Shown: positions 20,646-32,890, counted from the stretch's first letter. The stretch is DNA of 64,000 nt from Spirochaetia bacterium (GCA_965208575.1 CBDBOV010000001.1:1-64000), one strand, 5' to 3'. Numbers and translations: made by a program. The notes: generated from the letters alone by a model not told the origin.

Positions 20646-21263
20646 CTACGGACGCTTCACGGCCAGGTATGCAGCCATGCGCTCGACCTGGTGGAGAAAC
20701 AGGTCCGCGGTCCACGAGTCGAGGCCGCGCTGTTCACTCAGCGGCAGAAACCGCCGCACGTCGTCGCGCGCCAGCTTCCAGTCGATACGGTCGATCCTCT
20801 CTCGCAACACCCGCAGCAGCCACTCGCTCGACACCTCGAAGCGTTCACCTTGCCACGGACCCTGTTGATGCAACGCGTCGCCGAGCAAAGCCAGATTGGG
20901 GACCGTCCGGCGTGCGACGTACCAGAGAAAATCGTACCAGTCGCGTCCCTTGACGTAGCGGCGGCACAGCAGGGCGTGCGCCTTGGTCCCGAACCCGGAG
21001 GACAGGGTCTGCGTCGTGATCGGCGCCGTGGTCGGAAACGACAGGTACGAGGTCTCGAACGACGATCCCCTCGGCGGGTTGACGTCGATCTCGAGCTTGA
21101 TGCGGATCTTCTTGGAGCTGACGCGCTCGAACGGGAGGTCCAGCGTCACAACGCTGCCGATGGAATCCGTCTTGACGAACGCCTTGCGCACGGCGCCCAC
21201 GGCCTGGTTCTTGTCCTGAATCTCGATCCGCAACCCCTCCGATCCGAAATCGGATGATGACAC
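20646..21263 (-). pseudogene. N-terminally truncated AbiEii-family nucleotidyltransferase
   Basis: IKLEIDVNPP and K.HALLCR.YVKGRDWYD present; N-terminal GGT/RFSED motifs absent. Confidence 0.7.
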
Positions 21264-21272
21264 AGCAGCGTC

Positions 21273-22448
21273 TTACCTGTCGAAGAGGTCGGCGTTCTCG
21301 GCGCTGCCGATGAACGCCGTCAACGAGGTGTAGTGAATGCCGCGAGACGCGAATGGCTCGCGAATCGGGGCCACCACCCATCGCCGCGTGATCTGCAGGT
21401 CGTCGACCGAGATCCAGAAACCGCGGTCGACCCTTGGCGCGGTCGATGCCTTGAATTCGACCGCCACTCTACTCGATCCCGTCTCGAGCAACAGGTCGAT
21501 CTCGGCGCCGTGGGCGGTTCGGTAGAAACTGTGGCGAACCTCGGGTCTCAGCGCCGCGACGATGTTCTCGATACACAGAGACTCCCACGCATGCCCGAAC
21601 ACCGGGTGCCCGGCAACCGCGTTCCAGTCGGGGAGTCTCAGCAGGGCCAGCAGCAAGCCGGTGTCGCGCAAGTAGAGCTTCGGCGACCGGATAAGCCGCT
21701 TGCGAAGATTGGCGTGGAACGGCGGCAATCTTCTGACCACGAACGCGCCCTCGAGCAGGTCAAGATAGCGGCGCACCGATTTGGCGTCGAGCCCGAGCGA
21801 GTTGGCGATGCCGTTCATGTTGAGCAGTTGCCCGTGGGAGTGAGCCGCCATCTGCAACAGCCGGTCGGCGGTTGGCGGGGAGAGGCGCTGGTTGAGTGCC
21901 AGGAGGTCGCGCTCCAGGAATGTGCGGACGAAATCCAGGCGCCACTGGAAGCTCTGGGCATCGTCAGGCGCCAGCAGGCTGCGGGGGTAACCGCCGCGGT
22001 TCAGATAGGTGTTGAGGTCGGTCCGTCCGTCCACCTCGCCGAACAGAAACGGAGTAAGCTCCAGGTAGCTGATGCGGCCGGCCAACGACTCCGAGCTCTG
22101 GCGAATGAGGTCCCGCGAAGCCGAACCGAGAATCAGAAACTGGCCCGGGCGGTCATCGCGGTCGACCCAGTACCTGATGGCCGGAAACAGCTCCGGCCGT
22201 CTCTGAATCTCGTCGACGCAGATCAGGCGCTGCGAGTTGGCCGCGAAGAAGGCTTCCGGGTCATCGAGTCGGAGCAGGTCACCTGGGCGCTCCAGATCCA
22301 GCCGCAACAGTCGCGCGTCCTCGGCTGCATGCATGCGCGCCAACGTCGACTTCCCGGCCTGTCGCGGGCCGAGGATCGCCACGACCGGTGAGATGGCGAG
22401 CATGGTTCGGAGGGAGGCGTGGAGAGCCCGATCTATTGGACCGTGCAT
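21273..22448 (-). CDS. AAA_14 ATPase with DUF4143 domain
   Basis: GPRQAGKST, VDEIQ, LGSAS, RGGYP, PKLYLRDTG, EIDL..E.K. Confidence 0.9.
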   Translation of the reverse strand: MHGPIDRALHASLRTMLAISPVVAILGPRQAGKSTLARMHAAEDARLLRLDLERPGDLLRLDDPEAFFAANSQRLICVDEIQRRPELFPAIRYWVDRDDRPGQFLILGSASRDLIRQSSESLAGRISYLELTPFLFGEVDGRTDLNTYLNRGGYPRSLLAPDDAQSFQWRLDFVRTFLERDLLALNQRLSPPTADRLLQMAAHSHGQLLNMNGIANSLGLDAKSVRRYLDLLEGAFVVRRLPPFHANLRKRLIRSPKLYLRDTGLLLALLRLPDWNAVAGHPVFGHAWESLCIENIVAALRPEVRHSFYRTAHGAEIDLLLETGSSRVAVEFKASTAPRVDRGFWISVDDLQITRRWVVAPIREPFASRGIHYTSLTAFIGSAENADLFDR

Positions 22449-22584
22449 TTAGGGTTTTATAAGCCACAAATACACGATTGTCCATAGGTAAGCAAAGAGA
22501 ACACACTCCCTGGTCGATAGCATACCGGTCACGAAAAACGTAACCTGAGTGCCAAGAACCAAGCACCGTAGATGGCGCTTATCA

Positions 22585-23712
22585 CTATGGCCGAGGCGTT
22601 GCTCCGCCTCGCCAGGCGGCCAGGGCGTCGATCAGGCGGGCGCAGTCGGCGACCGGGCGCAGGCCGATGCGGATGCAGTCCGGCAGGCCGAACGAGGTGC
22701 AGTCGCGCACGAACAGGCCCCCGCGCGCCAGCGACCCGCGCAGGCCGGCGGCGTCGCCGACCTGGGCCAGCACGAAGTTCGTAGTGCTTGGATAGCACCG
22801 GATGCCCAGCCCGCCGAGGCGGCGCTGCACGTACACCCGCGCCGCAGCCACGGCCGCCCGGACGCGTTCCGGGTAGCCCCGGTCGGCGAGGGCGGCCTGT
22901 CCGGCGGCCTGCGCCAAGGCGTTCACGCTCCAGTCGGGCTGCAGCGCCTGCAGGCGGCCGATCGCCCGCACCCCCGCCACCGCGTAGCCCAGCCGCAGAC
23001 CGGCCAGGGCGTAGTCCTTGGTCATGGAGCGCAGCGCCACCACCGACTCGCCGGCCGCCGCCAGGGCGACCGCGCCGCCTCCCGCATGGCCGGTGGACAG
23101 CGGGTGGTACGCCTCGTCGACCACCAGCAGGGTGCCGGCGGCGGCCGCGGCTTCGGCCAGCGCCTCGATCTCCGGCGGCGCCAGGGTTGCTCCGGTGGGG
23201 TTGTTGGGGTTGCACACGAACGCCAGGGCGGGCCGCTCGGCGGCCATGAGCGCCGTAGCCGTGGCGATGTGCCAGCGGAAGCCGCGCGCGCCGCGTTCGG
23301 CTCCCAGGGTGCACACGCCGCCGCCGCACACGGCGACCGCGGCCGCGTACTCCCCGTAGGCGGGCGTCAGGATCAGTGCGCCGGGCCGCGTCCGGTCGCG
23401 GCCGTCGACCCACGCACGGGTCAGCAGGTGGATGATCTCGGTGGAGCCGTTGCCGGCGAGCACGTTCGCCACCGTCACCCCGTCGCGGCGGTGATGGGCG
23501 GCGAGCGCTTCGCACAGCTCCAGGCTGCGCGGATCGGGGTAGGCGGAGAGGTCCGCGGCGGCGACCGCGGCGGTCACCCCGGTCGGCGGCCCGAGCGGGC
23601 TGATGCTGGCGGAAAAATCGAGGCAATCCTCACGCCGCAGCCCCAGTTCGCGCAACTCGGCCGGCTTGATGGCGCCGTGCACGGCGCGAATCGCCCGCGC
23701 GTCCCGCGTCAT
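22585..23712 (-). CDS. PLP-dependent class I/II enzyme, likely L-threonine-O-3-phosphate decarboxylase (CobD-like)
   Basis: HG..., DFSASISPLG, CNPNNPTG, VDEAY, RSMTKDYALAGLRLGY, RDC.SF; follows cbiB. Confidence 0.8.
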   Translation of the reverse strand: MTRDARAIRAVHGAIKPAELRELGLRREDCLDFSASISPLGPPTGVTAAVAAADLSAYPDPRSLELCEALAAHHRRDGVTVANVLAGNGSTEIIHLLTRAWVDGRDRTRPGALILTPAYGEYAAAVAVCGGGVCTLGAERGARGFRWHIATATALMAAERPALAFVCNPNNPTGATLAPPEIEALAEAAAAAGTLLVVDEAYHPLSTGHAGGGAVALAAAGESVVALRSMTKDYALAGLRLGYAVAGVRAIGRLQALQPDWSVNALAQAAGQAALADRGYPERVRAAVAAARVYVQRRLGGLGIRCYPSTTNFVLAQVGDAAGLRGSLARGGLFVRDCTSFGLPDCIRIGLRPVADCARLIDALAAWRGGATPRP

Positions 23713-23991
23713 GCGGACTCCGTGGCCGTGCCGGTCAAGCCGCCGGCGGCGCGCCCCGCCGGGGACCGGTGCAGCCACGGTCCTTCGCGGCCGTCCGCGG
23801 CCTGACACCGGCCACGGTACGGGGTCCCGTGCCGGTCCACCGCGCCGCAGCCCCGGGCGCGTTGATGCAAGTCGAAAACCAAGCGCGCCTCCCAGTGCCG
23901 GCGCGGCGCACGAAGCCGGCGCAACCCGGCCGGTTCAAATGCGTCGTTCAGGGTCCGTGTCGCCCACGCGGCGTGCGTCGGGGGCGCCATG

Positions 23992-24978
23992 CTACGTTGT
24001 CCGCCCCAGGGTGTCGGCCAGCACGATCATCGTACCTGCCAACGCCACGGCGAGCAGCGCCGCGCAGTACAGTGCGCGGTTGGCTTGGTGGATGTGGCGG
24101 CTGTCCGGCGCTGGCGCGGGCTCGCCGATCCGGTAGTGGTCCGGCTTTGCCAGGGTCACGTTCAGCGCGCCGGCCATCGCGGCGATCGTCCAGCCGGCGT
24201 TGGGCGACGCGGTTCTACCGCGGTGGCTCCAGGTGACGCGCCAGGAGCCGGCGGCGTGCATCGCCGGCAGGAGCGCCGCCGAGCACCACAGCAGCGCGGC
24301 CGCGAGCCGCGCCGGAACCAGGTTGACGAGGTCGTCCAGCCTGGCGGCGGCCTTGCCGAGGTACTCGTAGCGTCCGTGATAGCCAATCATGCTGTCCAAT
24401 GTATTCACGGCGCGGTACACGAAGGCGCCGGGCAGTCCGAACAGCGCGAAGGCGAGCAGCGGCCCCACCACGCTGTCGGTGCTGTTTTCCGCGACCGACT
24501 CGATCGCCCCTCCCGCCGCCTGCGAAGCGGTCATCCGGCCCGTCTCCCGGCTCACCAGCGCCGGCATCCGCCGCCGCGCCGCCGCCAGGTCGCCGGCCGT
24601 CAGCAGCTCGCCGACACGCGCCGCCTCGCGCGCCAGCATGCGAACCGAGAAAGTGGTCTTCAGCAGCGCCGCCGCCACCACTAGGTAGAGCAGCGGGTGC
24701 AACTCGCGCAAGCCGGCGCTCACCGCCCAGGCCAGCGCACCCCAGGCGGCCGGAATCGCCGCCGCCATCAGCGCCCCGTAGGCGAGCTGCGCCGCCGGCG
24801 CCGCATCCGCCGCCGGAGCGCGCCGTTCAGCCGCCCCGATCGTCCTGCCGATCAGCGCCGTCGGATGGACACGGACCGGCGGCTCTCCCCACACCAGGTC
24901 GATCAGCAGCGCCAGCGCCAGCACCGGCACATCCAGCGGCACCGGCAGCGACAGCACAGCCGCCCACAGGTCGGTCAC
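23992..24978 (-). CDS. cbiB: Adenosylcobinamide-phosphate synthase
   Basis: GEPP..HP, LVSRET, ESVAENSTD, YRAVNTLDSMIGY, SPNAGW. Confidence 0.93.
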   Translation of the reverse strand: MTDLWAAVLSLPVPLDVPVLALALLIDLVWGEPPVRVHPTALIGRTIGAAERRAPAADAAPAAQLAYGALMAAAIPAAWGALAWAVSAGLRELHPLLYLVVAAALLKTTFSVRMLAREAARVGELLTAGDLAAARRRMPALVSRETGRMTASQAAGGAIESVAENSTDSVVGPLLAFALFGLPGAFVYRAVNTLDSMIGYHGRYEYLGKAAARLDDLVNLVPARLAAALLWCSAALLPAMHAAGSWRVTWSHRGRTASPNAGWTIAAMAGALNVTLAKPDHYRIGEPAPAPDSRHIHQANRALYCAALLAVALAGTMIVLADTLGRTT

Positions 24979-25394
24979 TCGATCGCCGCAAACGGGTTCT
25001 CAACGAAGACGCCGGAGAAGTTCATGCCGTCCTGCAGATCCTCGGTGTACACGGTCGGGCAGCCGGCGACGCGGGCGGCCTCGACGATCGCGGCATCCCA
25101 GTAGGAGATCCGCCAGCGCTGCGCCGTTGCCAGCGCCTGTTGCACCAGCGCGACGTTCGTTTCGATGATCCGGAACCGCAGCCAGGACTCGATCAGAGCG
25201 ACCGCCTGCTGATGGGCGAGGCGGTCCGGCTTCGTGGGCCGGGTCGCCTGCACGTAGAACTCCTGCAGCACCTGTGCCGACAGCACCAAGTCGTCCCGTT
25301 TCAGGATGTCACGCGCAATCGAACGTTTGCCCGCCTCCTCCGGGGCTGTGCTCGCGGAGTACAGCAGGACGTTCGTGTCAACGAAGCTCGCCAC
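24975..25394 (-). CDS. vapC: PIN-domain toxin
   Basis: [24 protein letters not shown]; stop overlaps the cbiB start (GTGA). Confidence 0.88.
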   Translation of the reverse strand: MASFVDTNVLLYSASTAPEEAGKRSIARDILKRDDLVLSAQVLQEFYVQATRPTKPDRLAHQQAVALIESWLRFRIIETNVALVQQALATAQRWRISYWDAAIVEAARVAGCPTVYTEDLQDGMNFSGVFVENPFAAIE

Positions 25395-25620
25395 CGCGAT
25401 GTACCTGGGCTCGCGGCAGCCGATCGCGGGCGCTGAATGCTCCTATAGAGTTCAACGTCTCCTCCTGCAGCCGCTTGCGGCGCTCGAACTCGGTCTCCTC
25501 GCCGGACCAGTTGACCAGGAATTCCCGCACCACCGCCGAGACCGAGGTTTCCCGTTCGGCCGCCCTGATGCGCGCCCGGCGATGGACCTCGTCATCCACC
25601 GTTACTGTGATATTTTTCAT
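25378..25620 (-). CDS. RHH antitoxin (VapB-like)
   Basis: [18 protein letters not shown]...TSVS; overlaps the PIN gene. Confidence 0.82.
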   Translation of the reverse strand: MKNITVTVDDEVHRRARIRAAERETSVSAVVREFLVNWSGEETEFERRKRLQEETLNSIGAFSARDRLPRAQVHRGGELR

Positions 25621-25712
25621 GCGCACAGTATCACACCCCTCGCCGTCTCCTGCAACCCCTGCAACCCGGTGGCGCCTTGCGCAGGGCGGCGTGCGAGACG
25701 CACTATAGGGGC

Positions 25713-27665
<1,953 letters not shown>

Positions 27666-27678
27666 GCGCCGCTTGCCG

Positions 27679-27939
27679 ATGCCGGTCGTCGCCCTGTTCC
27701 ATGGCATCCGCATCCTCATGCATTGGAATGACCACGCCCCACCCCACTTCCATGCCCAGTACGCGGAGCACGAAGCCCAAGTGGACATACGCCAAGGCAT
27801 CGTGATAACCGGCTACCTGCCGCGGCGGCAGCTCCGGCTGGTGCTCGCCTGGGCCGAGTTGCACGCGGACGAACTGATGCAGAACTGGGAACTCGCCCGC
27901 GCCGGGCAGCCGCTGCGCTCGATCCAGGGGCTGTCATGA
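27679..27939 (+). CDS. DUF4160 family protein (putative TA component)
   Basis: DHAPPHFHA, W..LH..EL..NW. Confidence 0.8.
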   Translation: MPVVALFHGIRILMHWNDHAPPHFHAQYAEHEAQVDIRQGIVITGYLPRRQLRLVLAWAELHADELMQNWELARAGQPLRSIQGLS

Positions 27940-28253
27940 TCGACAACCCCAACTACATGCCGCAGGTGCTGCAGGTGATCGCGGCGCCCGGCGACGGATA
28001 CCTGATCCTGCTCTACTTCGACGACGGCTCCATCCACCAGTACGACGTGGCGCCGTTGCTCGACAAGCCGGTGTTCCGTCCCCTGCGCGACCGCGTCCTC
28101 TTTCGGAAAGCGCTCACCGTCATGAACGGCACCGCCGCCTGGGACGTGGCCGGCACCCGCGACGAGTCGCACTGCATCGACCTCGACCCCCTGGTCCTGT
28201 ACCGCACGACGCCGGAAATCGACGAACCCGCCTGGGTCACGCGTGACGCTTGA
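27936..28253 (+). CDS. DUF2442 family protein (putative TA partner)
   Basis: L.FDDG....D, F..L.D...F, W....DLDP; ATGA overlap with DUF4160. Confidence 0.8.
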   Translation: MIDNPNYMPQVLQVIAAPGDGYLILLYFDDGSIHQYDVAPLLDKPVFRPLRDRVLFRKALTVMNGTAAWDVAGTRDESHCIDLDPLVLYRTTPEIDEPAWVTRDA

Positions 28254-28268
28254 TGGTGCGTCTGGCTT

Positions 28269-28460
28269 ATGCATAAAGCGCTGGACGAGTATTTGCGCCG
28301 CTACGCGGAAGAGCGGCGCCAGGAGGTGCTTCGCACGGCCGCGGGCCTCTGGGCCGAGCGCAGCGATCTGTCGCAGGTGGACGCCGCACGTGCCACTCTC
28401 GACCGACGTTTCTCGCGGTGCTTGCCGTCCGTGCGACTTGGCAAACGCGTCGACCGGTAG
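28269..28460 (+). pseudogene. Probable C-terminal fragment of a CopG-type antitoxin
   Basis: ALDEYL.R...L..AAGLW.ER.D pattern; no N-terminal RHH strand and no toxin follows. Confidence 0.4.
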
Positions 28461-28464
28461 GACC

Positions 28465-29334
28465 CTACGTAGGGTGCTGCTCGACCGTGCCGGGTGACCA
28501 GTGGTAGATCTTTGCGAGCGTGCCGCCCATGAGCCCGGCACGTTCTGACTCGGAGAGCCAGTCGGTGACCCGGAAGGCCTCGACGCCCTGCTTGTAGGTC
28601 AGCAGGTTCGCCGCCCTGGTCCAGTCGGTGCCCCACATGCAGCGGCCCAAGCCGAACGCATCGAATATCCTGCCGAGAGGCTCCCGGATGTCCGGGTAGG
28701 GGAATGGCTGATGGGACAGCGTGCAGGCGCCGGAGATCTTGATCGCCACATGGTCGAGTTCCGCCAGCGAGAGCACGTTGTCCAGATCCGCGAACGGGTC
28801 GGGAGGGGCGGGGGGCTCAGAAGGCTGCGCCAGGCCCAGGTGGTCGACCACCAACTGGGTGTCGGGATTGCGGCGGGCCAGCTCCCGGAACAGGGGCAGT
28901 TGGCCCGAGCACATCACGTTCACGGGCACCCCGGCCCCGCCGCCGCCGGCGAGAATGCCATTGACCCCCGGGTGATCCGCCTCGTACGACCCGTACGAGA
29001 GCATGACCCGGGCTCCCACCACACCCGGCGTGGCGGTCCACTCCGCCATCTGCTCGTCGATCGCCTCCGACTCCGGATCAAACGGCCTGATCAGGCCGAA
29101 GCGCTGCGGGTGCTTGCGGTGAACCTCGACGGCATAGCCGGCATCGTAGCGGTACATGGCATACGGCGACACCAGCAGCGCCCCGTCGACGCCGACCGCA
29201 TCCATCGCCGCCACCATGTCGTCGCCGGTCACCTCATCGGGACCCGCCAGCGTCCCCTGCCACGGCCGTTCCGGGCGGTCCCGCTCGTAAGCATGAACCT
29301 GCGAGTCTATCGTCGGCACGCGAGTCGTCATCAT
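28465..29334 (-). CDS. Amidohydrolase_2 family protein
   Basis: AAGGAG RBS; IDSQVH, VVDHLG, IKISG, MWGTDW. Confidence 0.88.
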   Translation of the reverse strand: MMTTRVPTIDSQVHAYERDRPERPWQGTLAGPDEVTGDDMVAAMDAVGVDGALLVSPYAMYRYDAGYAVEVHRKHPQRFGLIRPFDPESEAIDEQMAEWTATPGVVGARVMLSYGSYEADHPGVNGILAGGGGAGVPVNVMCSGQLPLFRELARRNPDTQLVVDHLGLAQPSEPPAPPDPFADLDNVLSLAELDHVAIKISGACTLSHQPFPYPDIREPLGRIFDAFGLGRCMWGTDWTRAANLLTYKQGVEAFRVTDWLSESERAGLMGGTLAKIYHWSPGTVEQHPT

Positions 29335-29546
29335 CACACTCCTTACTGGAAATTGTGGTGTCGAAGTCACCGTTCCGTCATTCCGCGGCGCGAGCCAAGT
29401 CAAGGGCGCCGTGCACCCAGTCTCGCAGGGTCTGCAGCGTACCGCCGGAACCAGCCAGGCGGTTGGCTGCCACCTCGACGATGCGCAGGCGATCCACCAC
29501 CAACCCAAGGTATTGCTCCCGGAGCCATGCTTGGCCCACGGCGGCA

Positions 29547-30713
29547 TCATCGAACGGGAAGCCGGAGCGAGGGGAACACTCGTGGTGCTGCATCAGGCGT
29601 GTCGCCGAAACTCGCGCTTTCGTGGGAGCGCTTCATTGCCACGTGCAAGGACGAAACCGTGCGCCGGAGAGTGTCGCCGGCGCTCATCAGGTCGGCGCGG
29701 CCATCATAGTAGCCAACCAGACTGAGCGTATCCTCGGCATCCTTGATCGTGCCCATCAGACTCTGGTTGAATCTCAAGCCCTTGTCCTCGACCTGATCGT
29801 AGGCTGCATCCAAGTCGCGGGTGCTCTCCAGCATCGCCAGGGCGTTGCTGTTTCCCAACACCTCGACCAGACGATTCAGGTCGGGGTTCTGCGACCCAAT
29901 TACCGCAGTCTCCTTGCCCTGCCCGTACAGCCATGACATGAGCTGTCGCAGACGCCCCAATCTATCTTGCGGGATCGGGTTGCGATCCAACACGGACGAG
30001 ATATCGTCGTGTTGCAGTCCGAGAAATCGTCGCACGTTGGGGCGCGCCAAACCAGTGTAAAGGTGTGAGAACGCAAATCCTCTCTTGGTCGTCTTCTTCA
30101 GATCAAAACCCTGAGACAAGCTTTGGCTGAGGACGGACCAGCCATTCACCAGGCGGACCACCGTGTTGTGCCTGTCGCCCAGACGCCTGCTGATCTGCTT
30201 GATGTCGTCGTGGCCGTCATGAAACCACTCGGCAGCATATTTCGCCTTTGCCAGTGCGTCCCACTTGAAAGCGCCATTGATGTGCTTGAAACCGATGTAG
30301 TCGCGGGCATCGCTGCGCGATCCCACCCGTCGGACTCGCACGGTTTGTGGCAGCGCGTTGGCGCTCGGCTCCTGGTCGAGATTGACCTTGAGCCGCCGCC
30401 GCAACTGCCCATCTCTCAGCATGCGCAACGCCGCCAGCCGGCGATTGCCTTCCAGGACGATGTTGTCGTGGTCAAGGACGATGAGCGGTTCATAATCAAG
30501 CCACCCTGAACTGAGAATCGACTGGATCAACTCGGTGAGGTCGACGAAGTCGAGGAGATACTCCAATACCTCGTCCTCGCTCGAGAACTGCTCGTCGGGT
30601 GCGCGCGGGTTCCTCAAGTCCAGCCTGAGGCGGTCCACATCCTCGAATTCGTCGGTCGTTGCCGGTGGTTGCCCGGTTTCAGCCACTATCGCTCGTCCCC
30701 TCGCAGGCGGCAC
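29547..30713 (-). CDS. ParB/Srx-like N-terminal domain protein
   Basis: LDLRNPR, EPLIV, VLEGNRRLAALR, H.NG..KW; lower GC; start uncertain. Confidence 0.7.
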   Translation of the reverse strand: MPPARGRAIVAETGQPPATTDEFEDVDRLRLDLRNPRAPDEQFSSEDEVLEYLLDFVDLTELIQSILSSGWLDYEPLIVLDHDNIVLEGNRRLAALRMLRDGQLRRRLKVNLDQEPSANALPQTVRVRRVGSRSDARDYIGFKHINGAFKWDALAKAKYAAEWFHDGHDDIKQISRRLGDRHNTVVRLVNGWSVLSQSLSQGFDLKKTTKRGFAFSHLYTGLARPNVRRFLGLQHDDISSVLDRNPIPQDRLGRLRQLMSWLYGQGKETAVIGSQNPDLNRLVEVLGNSNALAMLESTRDLDAAYDQVEDKGLRFNQSLMGTIKDAEDTLSLVGYYDGRADLMSAGDTLRRTVSSLHVAMKRSHESASFGDTPDAAPRVFPSLRLPVR

Positions 30714-30884
30714 GGCGCGACTTCGCGCTGCGTCCGTGCCCGATCATACCACTTGCAGCCCATGTCAACACGAATGCGGGTGTCTGGGTGTTCGGCTGTG
30801 GCGCTGTAAGGCTGCGCAGGTGCTCACCTGCTCACCCCGTCGTGGACGAGTTTGCCCGGTAGAGAGCCTTGGAGCAGCGCGGGT

Positions 30885-32567
30885 TCAGCGTTGAATGGTG
30901 ACGAGGGTGTGGGGGCGGATGGCGGGGGTGCGGGTGACGGCGCCGTCGGGCCAGGTGACGGTGAGGGTGAGCGGCCCGGCCGCGGCGGCGGCGGGGAGGC
31001 CGAAGTGGAGGCGGGCGGGGGCGCTGGACAGGTAGCCGCTGCCCGCCTGCACGGTGCGCAGGGAGGTGGCGGCGCCGCCGGAGAGGCGGACGGCGGCGCC
31101 CACGGCGCGCGGGTTGGGGGAGCCGGGCTGGCGCAGGTCCACCTCCACGGCGGTGCCGCCGCACAGGCGGTTCTCGAACAGCACGGCCGGCGCCTCCAGG
31201 TTGTTCACCACCACGTCCAGGTCGCCGTCGTTGTCCAGGTCGGCGAACGCCATGCCGCGGCCACTCTCGGTGGCGCCGAGGCCCCACTCCGGGGCGCGCA
31301 CGAAGCGCCCGCCGCCGTCGTTGCGCAGCGCCTGGTTCTGCTCCACCAGCTCGGCGCCCGGCAGGTGGCCGAAGATGTCGGCGTCGATCATGCCGTTGAC
31401 CGCGTACAGGTCCAGAAAGCCGTCGTTGTCCAGGTCGCCGAACTGTGCCGACCAGGTCCAGCCGGTGGCGGCGATGCCGGCCCACTCGCCGCGCTCGGCG
31501 AACGCGCCGCCCGGGCCGCGCACCTGCAGCGTGTTGGCCTCCACCTGGTGCGGGTCGGGGCCCAGATCCTCCTCGCCGGTAATGGCGGCGATCTTGGCCA
31601 GCCGCCGCGCCTCCGCGATGCGCAGCGGCCGCCATGCCGCCTCCACCTCGGGGCCGCTCAGGTAGGGTTTCATGTCGGCCGCCAGCAACTCCTGGCTGCC
31701 GTCATTGTCGACGTCGCCGGCGGCGAAGCTCATGGTGTTGCGTGCGGTGCGCGCGAACGGCTCGCCCGCCTGCCAGCCGTCCGGCGTGCGGTAGTAGACC
31801 TCGTCGCGCAGCGCGAAGTCGTTGCCCACCACGATGTCGGGCCGCCGGTCGCCGTTCAGGTCGGTGAGCAGCACGGCGAGTCCCTGCGCGTTGCGGGTCA
31901 GCCGCGCCGGCAGCAGGGCGCGGCCGGTGTTCTCGTACACGAATACGCCGCTGTCGGCCTGCCCGGCACCCTCCGACTGCCACAGCTCCGCGTTGTAGGT
32001 GGCGCCGGCCAGGTCCAGGTCCAGGTCGCCGTCCAGGTCGGCCCACGCCATGGCGTAGATCGGCATCGGCGGCGGCCACAGCGGGTGCGGGCGCTCGAAC
32101 CCGCGCGCCGGTCCGCTGCCCCGCCACAGCGCCGGCCCGGCCCCGGAGCGGGTGAACGCCAGGTCGTGGTGGCCGTCGCCCTCGATGTCCACGGCCACCA
32201 CCGCGCGGGTGCCGGTCTCGGCCAGCTCCACGCGCTCGAAGCGCAGCCCGCCGCGGTTCCACAGCAGCGTCGCCGGCGCGCGCAGCCCGGCCAGCACGAC
32301 GTCGATCAGCCGGTCGCCGTCCAGGTCGGCCAGCGCCACGCCGGCGCCGTTGGTGTCGTAGGCGCGTGCCGGCCGGTCGGCGGCGCGCGTGGTGTGGGGC
32401 AGCGGGTGGCGCACGAACTGCCCCGTGCAGGCGGCGGCGGTCCGCAGCGGCTCCTGCCGCACCTGGGCCACGACCTCCTCCGCCCACGCCTGAGGCGCCG
32501 CCAGCGCAGCGAGTACCGGGAACAGAAGAAGGAAGCGGAGTGCCGTAAGCCCCCGGCTTAGCGACAA
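30885..32567 (-). CDS. Secreted CRTAC1/ASPIC-UnbV family FG-GAP repeat protein (start uncertain)
   Basis: Repeated D.DGD..D motifs, RG.AFADLDNDGDLD, AVGA.V, GSGYLS..P.RLHFGL; signal peptide ending QAWA. Confidence 0.85.
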   Translation of the reverse strand: MSLSRGLTALRFLLLFPVLAALAAPQAWAEEVVAQVRQEPLRTAAACTGQFVRHPLPHTTRAADRPARAYDTNGAGVALADLDGDRLIDVVLAGLRAPATLLWNRGGLRFERVELAETGTRAVVAVDIEGDGHHDLAFTRSGAGPALWRGSGPARGFERPHPLWPPPMPIYAMAWADLDGDLDLDLAGATYNAELWQSEGAGQADSGVFVYENTGRALLPARLTRNAQGLAVLLTDLNGDRRPDIVVGNDFALRDEVYYRTPDGWQAGEPFARTARNTMSFAAGDVDNDGSQELLAADMKPYLSGPEVEAAWRPLRIAEARRLAKIAAITGEEDLGPDPHQVEANTLQVRGPGGAFAERGEWAGIAATGWTWSAQFGDLDNDGFLDLYAVNGMIDADIFGHLPGAELVEQNQALRNDGGGRFVRAPEWGLGATESGRGMAFADLDNDGDLDVVVNNLEAPAVLFENRLCGGTAVEVDLRQPGSPNPRAVGAAVRLSGGAATSLRTVQAGSGYLSSAPARLHFGLPAAAAAGPLTLTVTWPDGAVTRTPAIRPHTLVTIQR

Positions 32568-32708
32568 TCCGACTTCGCGGACGAGCGGTGCGCCTGCCGG
32601 GAGTCCGGCGGATCGGCGCACCTGCGGCAGACCCGCCGCACGAGGCCGAGCTTGGCAATCAGGCGGCGCCTCGCGCGCGGCTGTCCGCATTGCACTCGCC
32701 TGCGCGAA

Positions 32709-32890
32709 GTGGCCGCGCCACCGGGTCCGGGCAAGGCGGCCAGCCGGAGGCGCCTGAGTTGCGGGGCGCATGGCCTCCGGCGTTTGCGAGTGGCCTCGCC
32801 ACCGCATCCGGGCAAGGCGGCCAACCGGAGGCGCCTGAGCTTCGGAGTTCGTAGCCTCCGGCGGCGGGTGGCCGCGCCTACCGGGCCGGG
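32709..32890. repeat. ~81-bp imperfect tandem repeat (2 units plus partial)
   Basis: Units begin GTGGCC(G/T)CGCC at 32709, 32790 and 32868; core TCCGGGCAAGGCGGCCA.CCGGAGGCGCCTGAG. Confidence 0.8.

Noticed and set aside
23713-23991. Cobalamin riboswitch between cbiB and the CobD-like gene
   Set aside because: No recognisable B12-box or GGGAA/GCCACTG core on the coding strand.
29335-29550. N-terminal extension of the amidohydrolase ORF
   Set aside because: An RBS precedes MMTTRVPTIDSQVH and the extension does not look protein-like.
30743-30768. TTGACA/TATGAT promoter for the ParB-like gene
   Set aside because: The spacer is only 14 bp; at best an extended -10, too weak to list.
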